Of a DNA stretch of 64,000 nucleotides, positions 27,120 through 38,221 are shown piece by piece. The DNA is from Balanoglossus misakiensis (Eukaryota; Animalia; Hemichordata), in the NCBI GenBank assembly GCA_040954595.2, contig CM082591.2, positions 9,689,309 through 9,753,308 of the forward strand. The letters run 5' to 3'. The number at the start of each line of letters is the position of its first letter. The stretch's first letter is position 1. The notes under the pieces are model-generated. The model did not search any database and was not told where the DNA came from. It saw nothing but the letters and a program-made list of their open reading frames with translations. Position numbers and translations under genes: made by a program.

Positions 27120-27317
27120 CTGTATTTTCGCGAGTTAAATTTTTCGCGATATCGAGAGAGGCCACTGTTTCGCGAGTATTAATTTTCGCGTTGTCTTATT
27201 TTATTCACTGCATCGTTAACTTCAAAAACAATTGACGTGACTTTTTATTTTCACGTTATTTTGGCTCTCGCGTATTTGGCGAAAATTAATTGCTCGCGAA
27301 AATAAAGTGTTTTACAG
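27120..27317. mobile_element. ~200-bp palindromic MITE (TA|CTGTA...TACAG|TA) inserted into a HINE microsatellite
   Basis: Mirrored ATTTTCGCGAG/CTCGCGAAAAT motifs; TA flanks; left TIR partly deleted. Confidence 0.7.
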
Positions 27318-29372
27318 TATGTCTGTCTGTTTGTATGGATGTATGTCTGTATGTCCGTCCACATCAAAAACTTGAAAACCGTTGTGCGTATCACCTCGAT
27401 ATTTGGTGTGCAGATGCAGGCTGGGCTGTAGATTGGAGTTTGTTAACATGAAGTTGTCATTACCAAATATATGCAAATTAGCTGGAAAAATGTGAAATTG
27501 GTCAAAACTCGCAAAACTCAACAACTGCTGGTCAGATTGATTTGGAAATTGGTATGCAAGTACCTTATGTCTACCTCATACAGTCCTGTATGTTTTGAGC
27601 TAATTTTGATTTTCTATTTTTGATGCATTTGTTTGTATTTTTCAACATTATTGGTAAAAAATCTTCATCTGAATCTAAAATTACCGTCGAATCATCCAGT
27701 GTGAGTTAGCACTGTAATTAGCAAAAGTTATAAATCCACAGTTACCTAGCAAATTTGATATAATGCTTCACATAGGTATTGGTTTTGAACATCCTTCAGA
27801 AAAGGTATGAATATTTTAAAATTTTTACTGTTGCAACCCAGACTAGTTTATTTCTGAATAAACAGAGAAATGACAACCGGATAGATTATTCTTCTGTACC
27901 AAAGACATATGCAGACACAAGAAATAGTCTGAACATTATCAGTACATTACTAAAACAGTGTAGGTACATTGTACTATAAACTGAGGAAGATTAGTGACTA
28001 TTGTTTGCCAAAAATTTTCCCAAGTCAGTTCTCAAGCATATCAGAATAGTAGCTTTGAGTAGCAAAGTGTGATGATTTAAAATGTAAAAAGACAACACCA
28101 ATCTCTAGCTCTGCTCTCAGCACTGCAAAAGTTATCAGACAGGTAGATAGATGTTCAGTCATCCTATGTCTGTCAACACTTTTCTTTTCTGAAATCACTG
28201 GTGCAAGTGCTTTCAAATTTGGTGTGCAGGTTTCTTGGGGTAGTGAAGTACTGCGTGTTCAAATTGTGTTGAATTCTGCATATTTGTAGTTTGGAACAAT
28301 TTTTTGCTGTTTTTGGAAGAAAAAAGCTAAGCTCGTAGATTACTTTGACTTTGCAGGTTTCTAGGTATGACACAAGTTGTTTCTTCAAAATATGGTGAAA
28401 TTTGCATATTTGGGGGGAAATTTTCTCTGAAATTTAGTATGGATCTCCCTGAGGTATGTGACATAATCTGTAATTTTGTATTTTGGAGACAGTTGCCTTT
28501 TTATACAAACAAAAAATCTTGTCAGAATATGCATGTCTGATTGCCATGTCCACAGGGGTGATCTAATTTTATTTACATTATAACCGAATCTGTAAAGTTT
28601 TCATAATGATCTTTAAAATAGGTACGTCTAATTGATTTGATGATTGGTATGAATTGTCCCTTGGTGATCATAGTCAATGCTTTTGAAATTCTGCTGAATA
28701 TTGCATTATTATTTTGTCCGAGTCTGAATAGTAGTCATCTTCTCTGAAACCCCTTGACCTAAGTCAGGTGTCAAATAGTACAATTTGCAGATTTGTTGCA
28801 TTGGAGATATTGTTGCAGTTTTTGAAATTCAAGATGGCTGCCAATGTCTGTGTTAACTCTATGGAAAAACATTTATGTAAATACTTTTCTGAAAACAAGG
28901 TGGTGAACATCACATTTTTGTTTACAAACAGTAATAGAAATAGCTATCATTGTTTCTTAAAATCTTAACTTGTAGGATTCTTTTTCAATCTCTGGCATCT
29001 GCAGAGACAATTAAACAACTCTATAAAAAGTCTTATTGCTTAGTACTGACACGAGGTGGTAAAAAGATGTGCAGCTTTTGACTTCTTACAGGCTTACACT
29101 TTGTTAGTAATATGAGTCCCTATTGGTATTGTGCTGGGTTTTTAGGAGCTTGGGCCCCATTCCCTGGATATTTTGTACACCTTGCTCTGAAAACCTGCCA
29201 CACCTATGCTTCTTGAATTTGTCACAGTTGTCCTTGCCAATGAGTGTGCACCTTGAAATTCAAATCAGTCATTTGACCTGGCAGCCATATTCAATTGAAA
29301 TTTTTAAATTAATGCAAATTAGCTGGGAAAATTTGAAATTGGTCAAAACTCAGAAACTCGACAACCACTGGT

Positions 29373-30895
29373 CAGATTGATTTGACAATTGGTATGCAAG
29401 TACCTTATGTCAACCACATACAGTCCTGTATTTTGAATAGTTTGAATGTTCTATTTTTAATCATTTTTTGCCTTTTTCTTCATTTTTGGTAAAAAATCTA
29501 CTTTTCTAGAATTGATGAGACGACTTCTTTGAAATTTAGTATGAAGCTTCATATAGGTGATATGAGTTACCATACTTTTGTTAAAATGTAGGAAATTTGC
29601 ATATTCATAATTTTGGAGCAATTTCGGCCTTTTTTTATTTTTTTTTTCTAAAACCGCTTGTTACATTGCTTTGAAATTTATTAGTCATATTAGGGGTAGC
29701 CCAAGTAAAATTTGCATGTATGTTTTTCAAATCAACTTGATGAATTGAATAGTATATTTTTGGGATGATTTTTGCCATTTTTGGTCAAAACTCTTCTCAG
29801 AACCCCCCACAGTACGTGAAATATCCCATGAAGCATTCTGATTTGTACAACCAGAGATTACTCGGTCAAACCAGGCAAAGTTCACATGTGTAGAGAAAAT
29901 TGTAGACCACTAATACAAATTTTGAGAGCATGCTTTAAAGGCGAATGTTATTGTCAATTACCATTTCAAATGATAAACAAAATCATGCATTATTGAAAGA
30001 GGAGATACAAATTTTATAAAATAAGCAATTGCATAGCCAGCCGATACAAAAAAGTTTGAAGTAAAACAGGGACACTTGAAACACTTGTTTAATCAAACAA
30101 AAAGATATTGATTTTTTTCTATTGACAGAACAATGGAAATTTACATGTTAACTTTCAACAGAGACTGGCCACCTCAGTTAGTCATTGCTTCTTTCCTCTT
30201 AAGTGTGACATTTGACGTACATGAATGAATACTTTGATTTCTATGGCTTTTAAATTTTGATTTTGAAATTTTCACTCTAATTCCTCAACATAATTTTTCT
30301 AAATAAATCTTAATACAGTTATATGTACTTCATATCATTCTTAGTATCTAAAACAGAAAGTAATTAAATGGACAATCTCGATGATACAAATAATGGAGAA
30401 TTGTGGGTAAAATATCGTACTGTTCCCCCTCTACCCCCACTGCTTTAAAATTTGATTTAAAGGGTTCAGGGTTTGTTCTCATGATAATTTACAGATTGAT
30501 TTGACAATTGGTATGCAAGTACCTTATGTCAACCACATACAATCCTGTATTTTTTGAACTAATAGTTTGAATGTTCTATTTTATGCATTTTTTGCCTTTT
30601 TCCTCATTTGTGGTAAAAAATCTACTTTTCTAGAATTGATGAGTCAACTTCTTTGAAATTTTAGTATGAAGCTTCATATAGGTGATATGAGTTACAAGAC
30701 TTTTGTTGAAATGTTGCAAAATTTGCATATTGATAATTTTGGAGCAATTTCAGCCTTGTTTAATTAATTTTGTTTCTCTAAAACCGCTTGTTCCATTGCT
30801 TTAAAATTTGTTAGTCATGTTAGGGGTAGCTCAAGTAAGATTTGCATGTATGTTTTTCAAATCAACTTGATGAATTGAATAGTATATTTTTGAGG
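29373..30895 (+). repeat. ~400-bp direct duplication (29373-29765 and 30492-30895)
   Basis: CAGATTGATTTGACAATTGGTATGCAAGTACCTTATGTCAACCACATAC ... GATGAATTGAATAGTATATTTTT present twice. Confidence 0.85.
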
Positions 30896-30896
30896 G

Positions 30897-31149
30897 ATCA
30901 AATCAAATCAAATCAAAACAAACATTTATAAAGCGCCAGAATCAATAACAATGTTATTTCCAAAGGTGCTGAAAGTATAACATCAGTGTTCGTAGGCTTT
31001 GACAAATAGAAATGTCTTGAGTTTTTGTTTGAAAATGTTGAGACTAGAAGCCTGTTGAATGTCAGATGGCAGAGAATTGTTTTGAGTCTGTACTTTGGTA
31101 CACACAACTGGTTCCTTGAGCTGAAGCGCAGAGCCCGACTAGGCTTATA
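30897..31149 (-). mobile_element. 5'-truncated L2/CR1-group LINE 3' end
   Basis: Minus strand encodes YKPSRALRFSSRNQLCVPKYRLK, then (after an internal deletion/frameshift) NSLPSDIQQASSLNIFKQKLKTFLFVKAY, matching the L2-type ORF2 C-terminus. It is followed by a short UTR and a (TTTGA)n tail. Confidence 0.85.
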
Positions 31150-31930
31150 TGATTTTCGATTTGATTTGGTTTCAGGGTGTTTTCTCATGATGATTTACAA
31201 AACCTATGACTGTTTACTTTGAAATTTGAGTAGGAAGTTAATTGGATGTGTTTGTTTAGATAATGGAATCAAATAAAGTTATTCATTATTCACCTTCATT
31301 CTTCACCTCATTTCATTTATTGGCTGGTTTGTCTATTGTATCAGGGCAGAGTACTTGCCATCCCACCCCACCGATACAAACTTTGAGTGGCAAAAGAAAA
31401 ATTTGTCGTAACATTGAGTTAATTTGCTTTTGGGCTCACTAAAATGCAACTTTGAGCTCTGTATTTGTACAAAATTTTCATTAATTGGCTGGTTTGTCTA
31501 TTGTACCAGGCCAGCATACATAAGATCAAGATGTTTTCGGGGCTGGGGGCATCATATTTTATTGCCTCTCTATGTGTGTGTCTGTCTGTCTGTACTCCTG
31601 TGTAGACATTTTCTAGTGTAATCACTAAATGAGACCACAGTGACCTTGACGCTATTTTTTGCGATTTTCAATGACCCCAGGGTAACCTTTGACCAGCTTT
31701 CATATATCTTGGTATTCACTGCAGAATACAGCCTTGGCATACCCTGGTAACCATGGGAACCGTTTGGGCCCCACCAATGGTGCTGGCAGCGTTAATTTTT
31801 AAATGATTTCTTCTTATCGTTTTCTTTATCAATGATGATGACTTGATCTAATCAGATTATAAAAATAATTTCATTCTTTTTTTACATTAGGTTCTTTGGT
31901 AACACTGCTGCTGGTGGGAGTGTAAAATTG

Positions 31931-32438
31931 GTAACGACGCCGCCACCTAATACTGTACTGGATAGATGAATTTAATACTTGTAACGACGCCGCCACCTAA
32001 TACTGTACTGGAGGGATGAACTTAATACTTGTAACGACGCCGCCACCTAATACTGTACTGGAGGGAGGAACTTAATACTTGTAACGACGCCGCCATCTAA
32101 TACTGTACTGGAGGGAGGAACTTAATACTTGTAACGACGCCGCCACCTAATACTGTACTGGAGAGAGGAACTTAATACTTGTAACGACGCCGCCACCTAA
32201 TACTGTACTGGAGGGAGGAACTTAAACTTGTAACGACGCCGCCACCTAATACTGTACTGGAGGGAGGAACTTAAACTTGTAACGACGCCGCCACCTAATA
32301 CTGTACTGGAGGGAGGAACTTAATACTTGTAACAACGCCGCCACCTAATACTGTACTGAAGGGAGGAACTTAAACTTGTAACGACGCCGCCACCTAATAC
32401 TGTACTGGAGGGATGAACTTAATACTTGTAACGACGCC
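31931..32438 (+). repeat. 49-50-bp minisatellite, ~10 copies
   Basis: GTAACGACGCCGCCACCTAATACTGTACTGGAGGGAGGAACTTAATACTT head-to-tail with no spacers. Confidence 0.97.
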
Positions 32439-32619
32439 AGATGATGCTTCTGTGACCAGAGGGATGAACGACGCCATGATTTGTTGATCTGATCTAATTA
32501 ATAATATTCATCCTTTTTTTTCAATAGGTTCATTGGTATTATCATCGCCGGAGGGAGTCTAATCAATATCTACAACAACGCCGCACCAGATAACAATATC
32601 AAAACCAGAGGGATGCAGT

Positions 32620-32810
32620 CAATAGGTTAGGCTAATAAAAATGGTTTAATCTGAGGGAATGGTAATAGGTTGGTGTATGAATATGTTAGGGTAATAAAAA
32701 ATGGTATAATCTAACAGAATGGTGAAGGGTTGGTGTATGAATAGGTTAGGCTAATAAAAATGGTATAATCTAATGGAATGGTGAAGGGTTGGTGTATGAT
32801 GACTAATAAA
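32620..32810 (+). repeat. ~60-bp tandem repeat, ~3 copies, each containing AATAAA
   Basis: AATAGGTTAGGCTAATAAAAATGGTATAATCT...GGTTGGTGTATG repeated. Confidence 0.8.
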
Positions 32811-33222
32811 ACAGTGTGCACAAGGGTACTATAACAAAACTGTCTGCAAGGGTATAATATTATGGTTTCAAGGGTATGATAAGTAATAAAAATACTATAA
32901 AATCATGAGTAATGCCACGTGGTAAATAAAAACTGTACATGTACAGAGGGTAAATACCGGTATAATATATAAGGGTGTAAACATCAATGGTGTAATAATA
33001 AAAAATGGGTAACACAAGGTTTTGGTGGTATAATAATAATAATAAAATGGTATTAACTTGATGGTATAAACATTATGGGATGTGTATAAATGGTGTTAAT
33101 ATTACAAAGGTATGATGATTAGTTGGGGTGTAATAATAAGAAACTTAAAATCATTGGGTAATTTATTAGGGTCAGGTTGGGTATAATAATTGTTGCTATG
33201 CATTCGTGTAATAATTGTCTGC

Positions 33223-33420
33223 GGATTTTTTGCAGCATTACCCGCGTTCGCGTTCTTCATTGCAGGTCGCTCGTCGTGTAATGGAATTTCGCCGTGTGCC
33301 TGTTTGATTCGCCGATGGATTTTTTACAACGTTACCCGCGTTCGCGTTCTTCATCGCAGTTCGCTCGTCGTGTAATGGAATTTCGCTGTGTGCCCGGTTG
33401 ATTCGCCGATGGATTTTTTG
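33223..33420 (+). repeat. 94-bp CpG-rich tandem duplication (~2 copies)
   Basis: CCCGCGTTCGCGTTCTTCAT...GATTCGCCGATGGATTTTTT at 33241 and 33335. Confidence 0.9.
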
Positions 33421-33847
33421 CTTTCGTCATCGTAATTCCCGCATCAACACGAATCCTCAATCTCACGCAACAACAATACATCAAAATGTACACAGAAAAA
33501 TAGGAGTCGGCAAGACAATTCTGGTTAGTTTGAGCCCCAACCTTTTAAAATTCACAACGGGGTAGGGGGCAGTTTTTCCTCATTTTATATTTGGCTCGAG
33601 GTTTTTAACTGTCCCCAGGCGCGTAAAGTTAGTTAGTTTATCACACAGAATGTAATTATCTTGCTTGATTTAAAAAACACTAAAATTGTATGGGGGAGCT
33701 TCTTGCGATTTGCACTTAAGAAACTGATGGTTTTTACCCATAGATAATATTTAGTATTAAGCACATAATTGCCTGGAAATAAAAATTAACTCAAGGGTAG
33801 AATGCAACAGTTAATTTTGTGCAATATCAACAGGAGCTATTTTGGCA

Positions 33848-33952
33848 CATTTTTTCAGTTTGATAAACACTGTTTTTGCTCATTGTTTCATTTCGACCAC
33901 ATTATTTCAGTTTGATAAACACTGTTTTTGCTCATTGTTTCATTTCGACCAC
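33848..33952 (+). repeat. 52-bp tandem duplication
   Basis: TTTCAGTTTGATAAACACTGTTTTTGCTCATTGTTTCATTTCGACCAC present twice. Confidence 0.9.
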
Positions 33953-34339
33953 TTTTGTCACCTTGTTTCAAATTGAATGCTGTTTGACCACTATACTTGG
34001 GGTAATTGTTCCAAATTGGTATGCAAGATATTTTACATCAGCAGTTAGCCATCTAGCCACACTTTAGCTGCACAGCATATGAAAAATAATGAAATTCATG
34101 CAAAAAGCAAAAAAGTATTATGGGTATAATGCCATTGCAGCATTGGCGGTTCGACTCCGTCGATACTTACTTTGAAGCATAAGTCTTCATTATTTTTCAT
34201 ATGTAATAAATAAAACTATTCCAAATTCATATCTTTGTTTTCAGTTAGTGCTTTTGCTTCAGTTAGGGGGCCCACACTTACCAAACCTGTCTTGCCATCT
34301 TTTCACATTTCTTCAACAGTAGGCAGTATTTGATCAAAT

Positions 34340-37300
34340 TGACCCACAAATCACTCAAAATTAATAGGCAGGATACTGTCCACTCTGGCCTGGTTACTGT
34401 CTGGCCAGGTTAATGTTGACGCAAAGGTTGACCACACCAAACACTCAAAATTAATGGGCACGACACTGGCCACTCTGGCCTGGTTAATTAATGTTGACGC
34501 AAAGGTTGACCCCACCAAACACTCAAAATTAATGGGCACGACACTGGCCACTCTGGCCTGGTTAATCAATGCTGACGCAAAGGTTGACCCCACCAAACAC
34601 TCAAAATTAATGGGCACGACACTGGCCACAAGCTCTGGCCTGGTTAATCAATGCTGACGCAAAGGTTGACCCCACCAAACACTCAAAATTAATTGGCACG
34701 ACACTGGCCACTAGCTCTGGCCTGGTTAATCAATGCTGACGCAAAGGTTGACCCCACCAAACACTCAAAATTAATGGGCACGACACTGGCCACTAGCTCT
34801 GGCCTGGTTAATCAATGCTGACGCAAAGGTTGACCCCACCAAACACTCAAAATTAATGGGCACGACACTGGCCACTAGCTCTGGCCTGGTTAATCAATGC
34901 TGACGCAAAGGTTGACCCCACCAAACACTCAAAAGTAATGGGCACGACACTGGCCACTAGCTCTGCATGGCCTGGTTAATCAATGTTGACGCAAAGGTTG
35001 ACCCCACCAAACACTCAAAATTAATGGGCACGACACTGGCCACTAGTTCTGCATGGCCTGGTTAATCAATGTTGACGCAAAGGTTGACCCCACCAAACAC
35101 TCAAAATTAATGGGCACGACACTGGCCACTAGCTCTGCATGGCCTGGTTAATCAATGTTGACGCAAAGGTTGACCCCACCAAATACTCAAAATTAATGGG
35201 CACGACACTGGCCACTAGCTCTGCATGGCCTGGTTAATCAATGTTGACGCAAAGGTTGACCCCACCAAACACTCAAAATTAATGGGCACGACACTGGCCA
35301 CTAGCTCTGCATGGCCTGGTTAATCAATGTTGACGCAAAGGTTGACCCCACCAAACACTCAAAATTGATGGGCACGACACTGGCCACTAGCTCTGGCCTA
35401 GGTAATCAATGTTGACGCAAAGGTTGACCCCACCAAACACTCAAAATTGATGGGCACGACACTGGCCACTAGCTCTGCATGGCCTGGCTAATCAAGGTTG
35501 ACGCAAAGGTTGACCCTACCAAACAGTCAAAATTAATGGGCACGACACTGGCCACTAGCTCTGGCCCGGTTAAGCAATGCTGACGCAAAGGTTGACCCCA
35601 CCAAACACTCAAAATTAATGGGCACGACACTGGCCACTAGCTCTGGCCTGGTTAATCAATGCTGACGCAAAGGTTGACCCCACCAAACACTCAAAATTAA
35701 TGGGCACGACACTGGCCTCTAGCTCTGCCCTGGTTAATCAATGCTGACGCAAAGGTTGACCCCACCAAACACTCAAAATTAATGGGCACGACACTGGCCA
35801 CTAGCTCTGGCCTTGTTAATCAATGCTGACGCAAAGGTTGACCCCACCAAACACTCAAAATTAATGGGCACGACACTGGCCACTAGCTCTGCATGGCCTG
35901 GTTAATCAATGCTGACGCAAAGGTTGACCCCACCAAACACTCAAAATTAATGGGCACAACACTGGCCACTAGCTCTGCATGGCCTGGTTAATCAATGTTG
36001 ACGCAAAGGTTGACCCCACCAAACACTCAAAATTAATGGGCACGACACTGGCCACTAGCTCTGCATGGCCTGGTTAATCAATGCTGACGCAAAGGTTGAC
36101 CCCACCAAACACTCAAAATTAATGGGCACAACACTGGCCACTAGCTCTGCATCGCCTGGTTAATCAATGTTGACGCAAAGGTTGACCCCACCAAACACTC
36201 AAAAGTAATGGGCACGACACTGGCCACTAGCTCTGGCCTGGTTAATCAATGCTGACGCAAAGGTTGACCCCACCAAACACTCAAAATTGATGGGCACGAC
36301 ACTGGCCACTAGCTCTGCATGGCCTGGTTAATCAATGTTGACGCAAAGGTTGACCCCACCAAACACTCAAAATTGATGGGCACGACACTGGCCACTAGCT
36401 CTGGCCTAGCTAATCAATGTTGACGCAAAGGTTGACCCCACCAAACACTCAAAATTGATGGGCACGACACTGGTCACTAGCTCTGCATGGCCTGGTTAAT
36501 CAATGCTGACGCAAAGGTTGACCCCACCAAACACTCAAAATTAATGGGCACGACACTGGCCACTAGCTCTGGCCTGGTTAATCAATGCTGACGCAAAGGT
36601 TGACCCCACCAAACACTCAAAAGTAATGGGCACGACACTGGCCACTAGCTCTGGCCTGGTTAATCAATGCTGACGCAAAGGTTGACCCCACCAAACACTC
36701 AAAATTAATGGGCACGACACTGGCCACTAGCTCTGGCCTGGTAAATCAATGCTGACGCAAAGGTTGACCCCACCAAACACTCAAAATTAATGGGCACGAC
36801 ACTGGCCACTAGCTCTGCATGGCCTGGTAAATCAATTCTGACGCAAAGGTTGACCCCACCAAACACTCAAATTTAATGGGCACGACACTGGCCACTAGCT
36901 CTGCATGGCCTGGTTAATCAATGTTGACGCAAAGGTTGACCCCACCAAACACTCAAAATTGATGGGCACGACACTGGCCACTAGCTCTGCATGGCCTGGT
37001 TAATCAATGCTGACGCAAAGGTTGACCCCACCAAACACTCAAAATTAATGGGCACGACACTGGCCACTAGCTCTGCATGGCCTGGTTAATCAATGTTGAC
37101 GCAAAGGTTGACCCCACCAAATACTCAAAATTAATGGGCACGACACTGGCCACTAGCTCTGCATGGCCTGGTTAATCAATGTTGACGCAAAGGTTGACCC
37201 CACCAAACACTCAAAATTGATGGGCACGACACTGGCCACTAGCTCTGGCCTAGGTAATCAATGTTGACGCAAAGGTTGACCCCACCAAACACTCAAAATT

Positions 37301-38220
37301 GATGGGCACGACACTGGCCACTAGCTCTGCATGGCCTGGCTAATCAAGGTTGACGCAAAGGTTGACCCTACCAAACAGTCAAAATTAATGGGCACGACAC
37401 TGGCCACTAGCTCTGGCCTGGTTAAGCAATGCTGACGCAAAGGTTGACCCCACCAAACACTCAAAATTAATGGGCACGACACTGGCCACTAGCTCTGGCC
37501 TGGTTAATCAATGCTGACGCAAAGGTTGACCCCACCAAACACTCAAAATTAATGGGCACGACACTGGCCTCTAGCTCTGCCCTGGTTAATCAATGCTGAC
37601 GCAAAGGTTGACCCCACCAAACACTCAAAATTAATGGGCACGACACTGGCCACTAGCTCTGGCCTTGTTAATCAATGCTGACGCAAAGGTTGACCCCACC
37701 AAACACTCAAAATTAATGGGCACGACACTGGCCACTAGCTCTGCATGGCCTGGTTAATCAATGCTGACGCAAAGGTTGACCCCACCAAACACTCAAAATT
37801 AATGGGCACAACACTGGCCACTAGCTCTGCATGGCCTGTTTAATCAATGTTGACGCAAAGGTTGACCCCACCAAACACTCAAAATTGATGGGCACGACAC
37901 TGGCCACTAGCTCTGGCCTGGCTAATCAATGTTGACGCAAAGGTTGACCCCACCAAACACTCAAAATTGATGGGCACGACACTGGCCACTAGCTCTGCAT
38001 GGCCTGGTTAATCAATGTTGATGCAAAGGTTGACCCCACCAAACACTCAAAATTGATGGGCACGACACTGGCCACTAGCTCTGCATGGCCTGGTTAATCA
38101 ATGTTGACGCAAAGGTTGACCCCACCAAACACTCAAAATTGATGGGCACGACACTGGCCACTAGCTCTGCATGGCCTGGTTAATCAAAGTTGACGCAAAG
38201 GTTGACCCCACCAAACACTC
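34340..38220 (+). repeat. 78/82/86-bp tandem array, roughly 46 copies
   Basis: TGACGCAAAGGTTGACCCCACCAAACACTCAAAATTAATGGGCACGACACTGGCCAC[TAGC]TCT[GCAT]GGCCTGGTTAATCAATG(C/T); length classes differ by 4-nt modules. Confidence 0.98.
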
Positions 38221-38221
38221 T

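Larger units (their letters stand above)
24797..30895 (+). mobile_element. Cluster of further nested/degenerate copies of the TTAGGTCCCAT HINE-like family
   Basis: Heads at ~24797, ~25295 and ~27052; recurring ATGCAAATTAGCTGG(G/A)AAA core at ~25012, 27471 and 29312, with a variant at ~25470. Individual boundaries not resolved. Confidence 0.55.
14252..32810 (+). ncRNA. Putative multi-exon spliced transcript (lncRNA-like or micropeptide); boundaries approximate
   Basis: Donor G|GTAAGC at 14296/7; four internal exons with branch point, CAG acceptor and GTAAGC donor; two paralogous acceptors at 31890 and 32527; AATAAA cluster at 32634-32810. No expression evidence, and exon connectivity is inferred. 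Confidence 0.4.

Noticed and set aside
31931-32438. CRISPR array
   Set aside because: Repeats are contiguous with no unique spacers, there are no cas genes, and the context is eukaryotic.
34351-34657. Repeat-protein ORFs in the 78-bp units
   Set aside because: The frame stays open only across the 78-bp units; the 82- and 86-bp units break it.
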